From the NCBI GenBank assembly GCA_045803545.1, contig JBJMOW010000002.1, positions 384,001 to 448,000 on the forward strand: a DNA stretch of 64,000 nt, in the 5' to 3' direction. Under the pieces are notes generated by a model. It had not been told where the DNA came from. It worked only from the letters and a program-made list of their open reading frames with translations, and made no database searches. Source of the stretch: Gemmatimonadaceae bacterium. Its GTDB lineage: Bacteria; Gemmatimonadota; Gemmatimonadetes; Gemmatimonadales; Gemmatimonadaceae. The translations under genes were made by a program, and so were the position numbers. Shown piece by piece: positions 16,549-25,989 of the stretch (its first letter is position 1; each line of letters begins with the position of its first letter).

Positions 16549-17671
16549 AATGCTGGTTACGGGCGCTGCCGGGTTCATCGGCAGCAACTTCGTTCAGTGG
16601 TGGGTCGAGCATCATCCCGGCGACATCGTTGTCGGGTATGATTCGCTGACTTACGCTGGCAACCTGGCCAGCCTCGAGCCGGTCGCGAAGAACAAGCAGT
16701 TCAGCTTTGTGAAAGGTGATATTCGGGATGGCGACGGGGTGCGGGAGATCCTGAAGCGCGATGGCATCGACACAATCGTCCATTTCGCCGCTGAATCACA
16801 CGTCGATCGATCCATTCGGGGTCCTGATCCGTTCATCGAGACCAACGTCGTGGGGACCCACGCGCTCTTGAAGGCCGCCCGCGATGTGTGGGGAGAGGAC
16901 TGGTCGGGCGGTGCTCGTCGCTTCCACCATATCTCGACGGACGAAGTGTACGGGTCGCTGGCTCCGACAGGGGCGCCGTTCACTGAAGACACGCCCTACG
17001 CGCCCAATTCGCCATATGCGGCGAGCAAAGCTGCCTCGGATCACCTCGTTCGGGCGTATCACCACACCTATGGGCTGCCGGTAACGACCACGAACACGTC
17101 GAATAACTACGGCCCTTACCACTTTCCGGAAAAGTTGATCCCGTTGGCGATCGTGAACGCGCTCGACGGCAAACAAATCCCGGTCTACGGCGATGGTTTG
17201 CAGATCCGCGACTGGCTATACGTCCGCGACCATTGTCGCGGGATCGAGAGAGTTCTGGAGAAGGGACGTATCGGCGAGACGTACAATCTCGGCGGCAACG
17301 CCGAGCGTAAGAACATCGAAGTAGTGAAGTCGATCTGCGCCCACATCAACAAGATCTTTGGCGCCGATCCAAAGATCGGCGAGCGGTTTTCCAAGTGTCC
17401 AGCGGCCACCGGCGGCGACGCGGGCGAGCTGATCAAATTCGTCAAGGATCGGCCGGGGCACGACCGGCGCTACGCTATCGACGCGATGAAGGCGACTCTG
17501 GAGACGGGGTACGGGCCGTCGGAATCATTCGAGACCGGCCTGTTGAAAACCATCAATTGGTACATCGCCAACGAAAAGTGGTGGCGCGCAGTGATGGACG
17601 GCAGCTATCGCGACTGGATCGAGCTCCACTACGCCGACAAGCCGCGCACTTCCAGAAAGACCACGGCGTAG
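16541..17671 (+). CDS. rfbB: dTDP-glucose 4,6-dehydratase
   Basis: GAAGFIG, HFAAESHVDRS, STDEVYG, YAASK, DRPGHDRRY. Confidence 0.95.
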   Translation: MRRMLVTGAAGFIGSNFVQWWVEHHPGDIVVGYDSLTYAGNLASLEPVAKNKQFSFVKGDIRDGDGVREILKRDGIDTIVHFAAESHVDRSIRGPDPFIETNVVGTHALLKAARDVWGEDWSGGARRFHHISTDEVYGSLAPTGAPFTEDTPYAPNSPYAASKAASDHLVRAYHHTYGLPVTTTNTSNNYGPYHFPEKLIPLAIVNALDGKQIPVYGDGLQIRDWLYVRDHCRGIERVLEKGRIGETYNLGGNAERKNIEVVKSICAHINKIFGADPKIGERFSKCPAATGGDAGELIKFVKDRPGHDRRYAIDAMKATLETGYGPSESFETGLLKTINWYIANEKWWRAVMDGSYRDWIELHYADKPRTSRKTTA

Positions 17672-17707
17672 GGAGTCTTTCTCGCGGGGAGCGTTGAGCG
17701 TTTCGGG

Positions 17708-17736
17708 TTGACACGCATTTCATCCAGCCCTACACT
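17708..17736 (+). promoter_or_regulatory. Sigma70-type promoter
   Basis: TTGACA (17708-17713), 17-nt spacer, TACACT (17731-17736); 9 nt before ATG 17746. Confidence 0.75.
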
Positions 17737-17745
17737 ACCTCGCTT

Positions 17746-17943
17746 ATGGCCAAGAATGATTTGGGCTCCGGCCCGCGCGTTGGCAGCGAGCCGGGCTCAC
17801 GCCGGGGCTGGTTGTATTGGACGATTGCGACAGTTGTGTTGCTCGCCGGCTTCGCAGACCTCGCTCGAGGTGGCGAGACCCTGGCGCCAATTCTCCTGGT
17901 TATCGGCTACTGTGTGCTCGTACCGCTGGCCATTCTCAGGTGA
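17746..17943 (+). CDS. Small two-TM membrane protein (65 aa)
   Basis: Two hydrophobic segments, ending LAPILLVIGYCVLVPLAIL; sits directly behind a good promoter. Confidence 0.7.
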   Translation: MAKNDLGSGPRVGSEPGSRRGWLYWTIATVVLLAGFADLARGGETLAPILLVIGYCVLVPLAILR

Positions 17944-17967
17944 CCGGATCGGCTCGTTTTCTGCACC

Positions 17968-18041
17968 GGGCGAGTAGCTCAGTTGGTTAGAGCGCCTGCC
18001 TTACACGCAGGAAGTCGGGGGTTCGAGTCCCTCCTCGCCCA
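17968..18041 (+). tRNA. tRNA-Val (anticodon TAC); CCA not encoded
   Basis: Acceptor stem GGGCGAG/CTCGCCC, D arm AGCTCAGTTGGTTAGAGC, anticodon arm CCTGC-CTTACAC-GCAGG, T loop GGTTCGAGTCC. Confidence 0.97.
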
Positions 18042-18111
18042 CTTAAACCACACGAGGACCCACAGATGACAGGTGGGGTACAGAATGTTTACTGATTGGG
18101 AGGTTACACCA

Positions 18112-19878
18112 TTGAAGGCCCGTCTACGTCTTCCAAGTCTCGTTCTAGCCTTTGCCGTGGTCGCAGCACCGCCGCTCCTCGCCCAGAACCAAAAGACTGG
18201 CGACAGAGTAATGGTCCCGACGCTGCAGAGCGCGGACAAGGATCTCGGTGTCCAGGCAGCTGAAGCGATTCGCAATCAGCTAACCAAGCAAACCAACCTT
18301 CGTGAGCTCGTCGTGGTTCCGAAGGCCGACATAAACAACAGCCTCCAGTCCTCCGGATACTCGACTACGGAAGCGCTCGCGCCCGGGGATGCAAAAGCGC
18401 TCGCCACACTGGTGCGCGCCCCGCAGTATCTCGAAGGCAACGTTTCCAAGACGCCGACTGGCTTCAAAATCGAGTCGCGACTCATCATTTCACGCGACAT
18501 GACGAAAGCCCAGGTTTTGCCGGTTGCACAGGGCGCCAAGCTGGACGATGCCGCGAACCAGGTCGCAAAGGCGATCAAGGATGCTCGTCGTCAGCTGCCG
18601 GATGAAGAGACCTGCCACAACAACTTCGCTCAGGGCAAGTATCAGGATGCGGTTAATGGCGCGCGTGCCGCGCTGGCGAGGAATGGCGGCGCCAACATCC
18701 TGGCGATGTGCCTCGCTGAATCGTACGACAGACTTCACCAGCCCGACTCCGCGATTGCTGTCGCAGAGAGGGTGCGCGCGACTGATCCGCGTAGCATCCC
18801 AGCTCTCAGGCTGCTTGCGACGACCTACCGTTCGATGATCGATTCTCCTCGGCCAGGCGTCACGCCAGCAGAATTGAGCCAGGACACCACCAGACTGCTG
18901 CAATCTCTCGCGGCGATGGCCGCAGCGGATCCGACCAACATCAAGTTGGTTCAGGACGTAATCAACACCTATCCGCAGCTCCACCGGCCGAAGGACGCAA
19001 TTCCACTCGTGCGCGATCTGCTCCAGAACAATCCAGGCGACCCAGCGTTGCTCAATCAGGCGTGGCTGGTTTACCTGAACGCGGGCAATTCCACGCTGAT
19101 GAGTGCGCGAACCCAGGCCGACACAACCGAGGCACGTGGCATGTTCCAGAGCGCGGTTGACGTCGGTACCGAGATGGCCCGGGTGGACACCGCTCAGGCG
19201 ACGATAGACTACTACCGGCGTTTGATGGCCGCTTATTCCGCGCTGCAGCAGCCGCAGAAAGCCTCTGAGGTCGCAGCGCTCGCTACCAGGAGATTCCCGA
19301 ACGACCCCACGCTCAGCGTCCTCAACGCGAACAACCTGTACAAGAGCGGGCAACTCCAGCTGGCGTTGGATGCGGTGAACAAGATTCTCGCGGCTGACCC
19401 CAAGAACGCGAACGGGTACTTCCTCAAGGCGCAGATCCAAGCCGGCTTGAACCAGAACGACGAGCTTGAAAAAACACTGCAGACCGCGAGGACCAACGGA
19501 GTTGATCCAGGTGCTCTGTCGCAACTCGCGCTCAAGGCGGGTAGCGATGCGTACAAGGCTGGCCAGGCGTCGAAGGATATTGCTGACTTCCAGCGCGCGA
19601 TTCGATTCCTGCAGCTCTCCGATCAGCTTCAGACCTCGGCCGACGCCAAGTTTCTGCTCGGGGCCAGCGCTTTCTCGGTTGGACAGACTGCAACTATCTC
19701 AGCTAACGACAAGAGAAGCTGCGAGCTCGCTCGTACCGCTCGTGACGCGTTCAACCTCGCGTCGATTAACCTGCCGGCGGGTGGGCAGAAGTATCCGAAC
19801 GAAGCCGCTCAGCTGCTGACGGCGATCCCACAGTTCACGCCGGCCGTCGACAACGAGGTGAAGCGCTTCTGTAAGTGA
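18112..19878 (+). CDS. Secreted/periplasmic TPR-like protein
   Basis: GGAGG SD then TTG 18112; Sec signal ending PLLA-Q; helical repeats (NGYFLKAQIQ, AKFLLGAS); GTGA overlap with rsmH. Confidence 0.8.
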   Translation: MKARLRLPSLVLAFAVVAAPPLLAQNQKTGDRVMVPTLQSADKDLGVQAAEAIRNQLTKQTNLRELVVVPKADINNSLQSSGYSTTEALAPGDAKALATLVRAPQYLEGNVSKTPTGFKIESRLIISRDMTKAQVLPVAQGAKLDDAANQVAKAIKDARRQLPDEETCHNNFAQGKYQDAVNGARAALARNGGANILAMCLAESYDRLHQPDSAIAVAERVRATDPRSIPALRLLATTYRSMIDSPRPGVTPAELSQDTTRLLQSLAAMAAADPTNIKLVQDVINTYPQLHRPKDAIPLVRDLLQNNPGDPALLNQAWLVYLNAGNSTLMSARTQADTTEARGMFQSAVDVGTEMARVDTAQATIDYYRRLMAAYSALQQPQKASEVAALATRRFPNDPTLSVLNANNLYKSGQLQLALDAVNKILAADPKNANGYFLKAQIQAGLNQNDELEKTLQTARTNGVDPGALSQLALKAGSDAYKAGQASKDIADFQRAIRFLQLSDQLQTSADAKFLLGASAFSVGQTATISANDKRSCELARTARDAFNLASINLPAGGQKYPNEAAQLLTAIPQFTPAVDNEVKRFCK

Positions 19879-20828
19879 TCGCCTCCGATGCCGTGACTGG
19901 CCCGTGGGATTCATCGTACCACGCGCCGGTCATGGTCGAGGAGGTTCTGAATCTCCTCGAAGGCACCAAAGAGATCCTGGACTGCACGTTGGGCGGTGGT
20001 GGCCACAGCGAAGCATTTCTCGCAGCAGGCGCTGATGTCACCGCTCTCGATCAGGATCAGGCGGCAATCGATGAAGCACGAATGCGGCTCGCAGCCTACG
20101 AGGCAGCGGGCCGCTTTCGTGCTTTGAGAGGCAATTTCAGCGACATCGACCAGTTGCCCGAGCTCCAGCATCGCCAGTTTCAGGGGATTCTCGCCGACCT
20201 CGGCGTTTCCTCACACCAGATCGACGCCGACGATCGGGGATTCTCGTTTCGCCCGGGTGCGTTACTCGACATGAGGATGGACAGTCGCTCTACTACCACC
20301 GGCGCCGATTTACTCAACACTCTCGATGAAGCAGCACTCACCCGACTTTTTCGCGAATATGGCGATGAGCCGCGCGCGAGCCGTCTCGCGCGCGAGGTTG
20401 TGCGCCGTCGCGCAAATCGACCGATGAGAGTGAGTGATGATCTTGTCGATGCGATTCGCGGGTCGTTTGGACCGCGCAGCGGGCCTTCCGATTTCGCGCG
20501 ACTATTTCAGGCCGTGCGGATCGCCGTCAACGACGAGCTCGGCGCTCTGGAGCGCGCGTTGCCGCTGCTGCGCAATCGTCTGGCGCCAAACGGGCTGATG
20601 GCAGTGATCGCTTACCATTCTGGCGAAGATCGCATCGTCAAGAACGCCTTCCGCGAATGGAGCCGGGATTGTGTCTGCCCCCCCAAGCACCTGCAATGCA
20701 CGTGCGGTGGCAAGAATTCGCTTGGACTGGTGGTGACGCGCAAGGCAATCAAGGCTGGCGCGGAAGAAATCGAAAAGAACTCACGCTCGCGCAGCGCGAG
20801 ATTGCGGGTATGGCGAAGGGCGGCGTAG
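19875..20828 (+). CDS. rsmH: 16S rRNA m4C1402 methyltransferase
   Basis: HAPVM, DCTLGGGGHS, DLGVSSHQ, LDMRMD, FQAVRIAVN, RSRSARLR. Confidence 0.97.
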   Translation: MIASDAVTGPWDSSYHAPVMVEEVLNLLEGTKEILDCTLGGGGHSEAFLAAGADVTALDQDQAAIDEARMRLAAYEAAGRFRALRGNFSDIDQLPELQHRQFQGILADLGVSSHQIDADDRGFSFRPGALLDMRMDSRSTTTGADLLNTLDEAALTRLFREYGDEPRASRLAREVVRRRANRPMRVSDDLVDAIRGSFGPRSGPSDFARLFQAVRIAVNDELGALERALPLLRNRLAPNGLMAVIAYHSGEDRIVKNAFREWSRDCVCPPKHLQCTCGGKNSLGLVVTRKAIKAGAEEIEKNSRSRSARLRVWRRAA

Positions 20829-20830
20829 GC

Positions 20831-21118
20831 ATGCGCGGTAGAAGTCTGATTGGCCTGCTCCTCGCCGCGTTTTTGGTTGTCGCGCTCTCGATCGTCTGGC
20901 GCCGCACCGTCGGCATCAAGCAGTCCGAGAGCTTGGCGGCCCTCGACGCGAAGAAATCGCAACTGGAGAGCGAGCGCGCGCGACTCGAAGGCGAGATCCG
21001 CGACGCTTCAGCGCGCCAGAATCTCGGCACCGTGGTGGAGCAACGGCTCGGCATGCACATCCCGACCGATCGCCAGGTAGTCATCCTTTCGCGCGGCGCC
21101 GAGCATGACAACCCCTAA
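20831..21118 (+). CDS. ftsL: FtsL-like cell division protein
   Basis: Single N-terminal TM plus coiled coil, ending RLGMHIP; lies between rsmH and ftsI. Confidence 0.8.
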   Translation: MRGRSLIGLLLAAFLVVALSIVWRRTVGIKQSESLAALDAKKSQLESERARLEGEIRDASARQNLGTVVEQRLGMHIPTDRQVVILSRGAEHDNP

Positions 21119-23135
21119 GCGCGTCGCCGTGATTCAGGGTTTCTTCTTGCTGTTTGCGCTCGCGCTCATCGCGCGTGCCGCAAAGGTGCAAGTCGCTGAC
21201 GGCAGCCAGTGGGTCGCGCGAGCGAAGCGGCAGCACTACGTCGCCACGGCGCAATCTGCGCCGCGAGGCGAAATTCTCGATGCGAGCGGCAATACGCTGG
21301 TGGAAAGCCAGGAGCTGACCCGGGTCGCCGTGGCGCTGCCGGAGATTCGCGACACCGCTTTCGTTGTCAGGGCGCTCCGGAAGGCGAAAGTGGACGCAGA
21401 CGTGCTCCACGCCGCCATCTCACGTCGGCGCCGCTGGATCGAGCTGCCCGGGCTTTATTCCGCTTCTGATGTCGCCTCGCTTTCAGGACTGAGCGGAATA
21501 CATCTCACTCCTGTGTTGCAGCGGGTGTATGCGAAGTCCGTCGGAATCCAGCGCATCGTCGGCGCGCTGGATACTCGTGGGAACCCCGTCACCGGACTCG
21601 AGCTCGCGCTCGACACGGTTTTGCGCGGCGATTCCGGTCGTGTGCGATTGGCCCGCGACAAGAATGGCCGCCCGCTCGATACGCCGGATGGCTGGGCCGA
21701 TGACGCGAAGGCCGGATCGACAGTTACTCTCACCATCAACAACGCTCTGCAGGACATTGCCGAGCGCCAGGTGGCGATCGCCGTCGACGATCTGCACGCT
21801 ATGGGCGGTGACATCGTGATCATGAATCCTCACACCGGCGAGATTCTGGCGCTGGCAAGTCGAAGGGTTGGAACCTCGTCGCTCGCCAACACCGCGGTCA
21901 CCGAGCCGTTCGAGCCCGGATCCACGCTCAAGCCTTTCGTCGCTGCAAGGCTGCTAGAGACGGGTCGCGCCAAGCCCAGCGATATCGTCAGCACCTACAA
22001 TGGTCAACTCGAGCTCGATGGACGCGTCATCACCGATACGCACAAGGCCGCGCAGCTGTCGTTGGCCGACGTCATTCGCTTTTCCAGCAACATCGGCATC
22101 GTCGAGTTCGGTCAGCGCCTGACGCCCGCGCAGAAGTATGAGATGTTCCGTGACCTTGGATTCGGGATGCCGCTCGGCGTTCCGCTACCCGCTGAGTCTC
22201 CCGGGACTTTGCGCGAGCCGAAAACGTGGTCCAGGCAAACACCAGCGTCAATTCTGATGGGCTACGAGATCGCGGTGACGCCGCTGCAGCTCGTAACGGC
22301 CTACGCCGCGATCGCCAACGGTGGCGAGTTGCTCGAGCCACATCTCGTGAAGGAGATCCGCAATAGCGACGGAAAGGTTTTGTACAAGGCCGAGCCGCGT
22401 GCAATTCGTCGCGTGATGTCCGGCGAGACAGCACGCACAGTGCAGCAGATGTTGCGCGCCGTGGTTGAAGAAGGAACCGCCACGAAAGCTGATCTTGCTA
22501 CGTTCGAGGTAGCGGGTAAGAGTGGAACCGCGCGACGGACGTCGGAGCATGCCGGCTACACGACCGGCAACTACACTGCGTCGTTCGTGGGACTTTTCCC
22601 GGGCAACGATCCGCAGTATGTGGTCCTGGTAAAACTCGACAGTCCGAAGGGAGCGCATTACGGGGGCGGCGATATCGCGGCGCCTGTAACGCAAGTCGTT
22701 CTGCGTGCTGCGCTCGCCGCGCGCGATGCCGCTCTGGATCGGCGTGACCTGGCGGCATCGGAGAAGACTCCGGTTAAGGATTCCGCTGCATCTTCGACGA
22801 GGGCACGCATTGCCGAAGCACACTCGGACGCTCGGGACACCAGGCAGCACCTAAGCGTGTTCGCGTACGACCCGAACCGCAACGTCGGTCACGCCGATGA
22901 ACCGCCGCCGGTGATCGTCGATCTGCCGTCCACATCGCGCGTGACCACGCCTCCATCTAATCTTCGCGCCGTACCCGATGTGCGCGGCCTCTCCATTCGC
23001 GCAGCGGTGCGCGCCATCCATCAGGCAGGTTTCCGCGTACGTTTGACGGAAGCCGCGGCAACGTATACCCTGCCGGCTGCGGGAGCGATGGCAGCACCTG
23101 GAACCCTGGTCCAACTCGCACATTCACCCGAATGA
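21105..23135 (+). CDS. ftsI: Class B PBP FtsI with C-terminal PASTA-like domain
   Basis: RGEILD, EPGSTLK (SxxK), SSN, KSGTA; C-terminal VPDVRGLS. Confidence 0.95.
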   Translation: MTTPKRVAVIQGFFLLFALALIARAAKVQVADGSQWVARAKRQHYVATAQSAPRGEILDASGNTLVESQELTRVAVALPEIRDTAFVVRALRKAKVDADVLHAAISRRRRWIELPGLYSASDVASLSGLSGIHLTPVLQRVYAKSVGIQRIVGALDTRGNPVTGLELALDTVLRGDSGRVRLARDKNGRPLDTPDGWADDAKAGSTVTLTINNALQDIAERQVAIAVDDLHAMGGDIVIMNPHTGEILALASRRVGTSSLANTAVTEPFEPGSTLKPFVAARLLETGRAKPSDIVSTYNGQLELDGRVITDTHKAAQLSLADVIRFSSNIGIVEFGQRLTPAQKYEMFRDLGFGMPLGVPLPAESPGTLREPKTWSRQTPASILMGYEIAVTPLQLVTAYAAIANGGELLEPHLVKEIRNSDGKVLYKAEPRAIRRVMSGETARTVQQMLRAVVEEGTATKADLATFEVAGKSGTARRTSEHAGYTTGNYTASFVGLFPGNDPQYVVLVKLDSPKGAHYGGGDIAAPVTQVVLRAALAARDAALDRRDLAASEKTPVKDSAASSTRARIAEAHSDARDTRQHLSVFAYDPNRNVGHADEPPPVIVDLPSTSRVTTPPSNLRAVPDVRGLSIRAAVRAIHQAGFRVRLTEAAATYTLPAAGAMAAPGTLVQLAHSPE

Positions 23136-24631
23136 CCGCGGATGTCGGAGCAATAAAAACCGCGCTCGCTGAGCACGGTTTGCTGGCCAGTGTGCGTGGT
23201 GAGGTTCCATCGCGTGCAGCCGGGATCACCGACGACAGTCGCCAGGTAAAGCCCGGCTACATCTTCATCGCCATTCGCGGGTCGATCACCGACGGTCACG
23301 ACTTCCTGAAGATCGCGGAGGCGAATGGCGCAACGGCCGCCATTGTCGAAGATCCATCGCGCACCTCGTTGCCGACGATCGCGGTTCGCGAAGGTCGGCG
23401 CGCCGCCGCGGTTGCGGCAGCGAACGTCTATGGCAAACCGGCGAGCACTCTGCGATTTGTTGGTGTCACCGGCACCAATGGAAAGACCACTACCACCTCG
23501 ATCCTGCGTCACATCTTCGATGATGGACGGGGATCGAGCGCTTCGATCGGCACACTGGGCGTTCTCCTTGGAAGCGCGGGCGATGTGCTGCCGGGTGGAA
23601 GTGGACTGACTACGCCAGGCCCGGTGGAGCTGCAGCGCGTTTTGCGCGATCTGGTCGATCGCGGCGTACGCAACGTAGCGATGGAGGTGTCATCGCACAG
23701 CCTGGATCAGCGTCGTATCGAGGGCATCACGTTCGACGTCGTGGTGTTCACCAACCTTACTCGTGACCATCTCGATTATCACGGCACGATGGAGAATTAC
23801 TTCCGGGCCAAGTCGCTGTTGCTCGACTACCTGAAGCCGGAAGGAACCGCCGTCGTCAATGCCGACGCCGCGGAGTGGTCAAGGCTCAAGTTGCCCAGAC
23901 GGTCATTGAGATTCGGCGTTCGCGCCCCGGCAGATTTCCGAGCCGCCAACATTCAATTCGAGCCGCATGGTTCCGAGTGGGATCTCGTCACGGTGGCCGG
24001 TTCGACCCATGTGTCGCTGCCGCTGATTGGCGATGTAAATGTCGAGAACGCGCTGGCCGCGGCGGCGAGCGCATCCGCGCTCGGAATGGAGGTTCAGGCA
24101 ATCGTGCAGCGTCTGAACACTGTCCCGCAGGTCGCCGGTCGGCTCGAAATCATCTCCGCAGATCCGACAGTTCTTCGTGACTATGCGCATACGCCCGACG
24201 CGCTCGAGCGCAGCCTGCGTACCGCGCGAGGCTTCACGCACGGCAAGCTCATCGTCGTTTTCGGCGCAGGAGGCGATCGTGACAAAGGGAAGCGCCCGTT
24301 GATGGGCGAGATAGCCGAACGCGACGCCGATTGCGCTATAGTTACCAGTGACAATCCCCGCACTGAAGACCCTGACGCCATCATCGACGACATTGAAGCA
24401 GGAATGAGACTTTCACATCACGAACGCGTTACCGACCGGCTCAGCGCCATCAAGCGCGCGTTGGAGATAGCAGAACCGAACGACATCGTGTTGCTCGCCG
24501 GCAAAGGGCACGAGACATATCAGATCCGTGGAACCACTTCGTATCCGTTCGACGAGAAGGAGATCGTGCGTCGGTTGGCGGGAGGGGAGCGGCGAGAGGC
24601 GGGAGGCGGAAAGAAGAGGCCGCTGGTATGA
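23132..24631 (+). CDS. murE: UDP-MurNAc-tripeptide synthetase (mDAP-type DNPR motif)
   Basis: GVTGTNGKTT, MEVSSH, TNLTRDHLDYH, DYAHTPD, SDNPR, GKGHETYQ. Confidence 0.97.
   Translation: MTADVGAIKTALAEHGLLASVRGEVPSRAAGITDDSRQVKPGYIFIAIRGSITDGHDFLKIAEANGATAAIVEDPSRTSLPTIAVREGRRAAAVAAANVYGKPASTLRFVGVTGTNGKTTTTSILRHIFDDGRGSSASIGTLGVLLGSAGDVLPGGSGLTTPGPVELQRVLRDLVDRGVRNVAMEVSSHSLDQRRIEGITFDVVVFTNLTRDHLDYHGTMENYFRAKSLLLDYLKPEGTAVVNADAAEWSRLKLPRRSLRFGVRAPADFRAANIQFEPHGSEWDLVTVAGSTHVSLPLIGDVNVENALAAAASASALGMEVQAIVQRLNTVPQVAGRLEIISADPTVLRDYAHTPDALERSLRTARGFTHGKLIVVFGAGGDRDKGKRPLMGEIAERDADCAIVTSDNPRTEDPDAIIDDIEAGMRLSHHERVTDRLSAIKRALEIAEPNDIVLLAGKGHETYQIRGTTSYPFDEKEIVRRLAGGERREAGGGKKRPLV
24577..24611 (+). 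repeat. Degenerate GGCGGGA heptamer tandem (5 units) inside the murE 3' end
   Basis: GGCGGGA-GGGGAGC-GGCGAGA-GGCGGGA-GGCGGAA in register. Confidence 0.65.
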
Positions 24632-25989
24632 GCGGCTTCTGGACATACGATCGTATCGCCGATGCTTTGGCGGAAGAAGCTGTCGGCAAATTGCCGCGCG
24701 GATCGACGGAGACGGCGGGGATCACGACCGACACTCGCAAAATTGCGAAGGGAAATGTTTTCCTCGCGCTCAGGGGCGAGCGGTTTGACGGGCATGACTA
24801 TCTGAGCGACGCGGTTCGCGACGGCGCCGCTGCGGTCATCGTCTCAAGGGCGCCGAAACTCAACGTGCTTGGCGTTCCCGTGTTCGAGGTGCGTGATACT
24901 CTGGTCGCGCTAGGCGCGCTCGGCCGCTATTGGCGCCGCGCCTGGGGAAAGCCGATAGTCGGCGTGGCTGGTAGTAACGGCAAGACCAGCACGAAGGATC
25001 TGCTCCGCGCCGCGCTCGGTCAGACCTTCAACATCCACGCGACGACCGGCAATCTCAACAATCGCATCGGAGTTCCGCTATCACTGCTTTCGATTCCCGC
25101 TGACGCGGAGATCGCAGTGATCGAGCTCGGTACCAGCCTTCCCGGTGAAGTTGCCATTCTTCGTGACATCGCGGAGCCTAACATCGCGCTCGTCACGTCG
25201 ATCGCTGAGGAACACCTGGAGGGTCTTGGCGATCTCGTCGGTGTGCTGAAGGAGGAAGTCGCAGTTTACGAAGGAGTCGAAGTCGGAATCGCACCATCTG
25301 CCCAGCCCGAAATTGCCGCAGCCGCACGCGGGAAAGCGCAACGCCTGATCGTGGCGGGTCTGGATAAGTCAGCGGACGTGACGCCGGCGCGATGGGAAAT
25401 CGGACCCGATGGGTTGGGCGTGATCGAGATCGAAGGTGTCACGGTTAAACCGCCGGTTCGCGGTGTTCATAATTTGCGCAACGCCATGCTCGCGCTCGCC
25501 GTTGCTCGGGAGTGCGGTGTGACGTACGAAGCCGCGGCAGAGGGCATCGCAAAAATGCCGCAGCCAAAGATGCGGTCGGCGTGGGAACAGGTGGGTGCAG
25601 TTACACTCATCAACGATGCGTACAACGCCAATCCTGGTTCGACACGTGCTGCGATCGAGCTCCTCAAGGCCACCGGTACCGGACGGCAGAGGGTAATCGT
25701 CCTTGGTACGATGCGGGAGTTGGGCGCCGCTTCCCAGCAATGTCACGCCGACATCGCTGAGTTGGCTCTGGCATCCGGCGCCGACATCGTTGCAGGAATC
25801 GGCGAGTTCGCGCCGGCATTGGAGAAGCGTGACGGCGGTGATCGAGTGATTACCGCTTCCGATGTCGACGAGCTCTGGCCGCAACTGCAGGCGCGGCTGC
25901 AGCGTGACGCAATTGTTTTACTGAAGGCATCTAGAGGTGTGCAGCTCGAGCGCATCGTTCCACACTTAACGACCTGGGCCACGGCATAG
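24628..25989 (+). CDS. murF: UDP-MurNAc-tripeptide--D-Ala-D-Ala ligase
   Basis: GERFDGHDY, GSNGKTSTKD, NLNNRIG, NDAYNANP, KASRG. Confidence 0.96.
   Translation: MSGFWTYDRIADALAEEAVGKLPRGSTETAGITTDTRKIAKGNVFLALRGERFDGHDYLSDAVRDGAAAVIVSRAPKLNVLGVPVFEVRDTLVALGALGRYWRRAWGKPIVGVAGSNGKTSTKDLLRAALGQTFNIHATTGNLNNRIGVPLSLLSIPADAEIAVIELGTSLPGEVAILRDIAEPNIALVTSIAEEHLEGLGDLVGVLKEEVAVYEGVEVGIAPSAQPEIAAAARGKAQRLIVAGLDKSADVTPARWEIGPDGLGVIEIEGVTVKPPVRGVHNLRNAMLALAVARECGVTYEAAAEGIAKMPQPKMRSAWEQVGAVTLINDAYNANPGSTRAAIELLKATGTGRQRVIVLGTMRELGAASQQCHADIAELALASGADIVAGIGEFAPALEKRDGGDRVITASDVDELWPQLQARLQRDAIVLLKASRGVQLERIVPHLTTWATA

Noticed and set aside
17968..18041. tRNA-Val as the integration site of an island
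   Set aside because: No integrase, no duplicated tRNA 3' end seen, and the flanks are mostly housekeeping genes.
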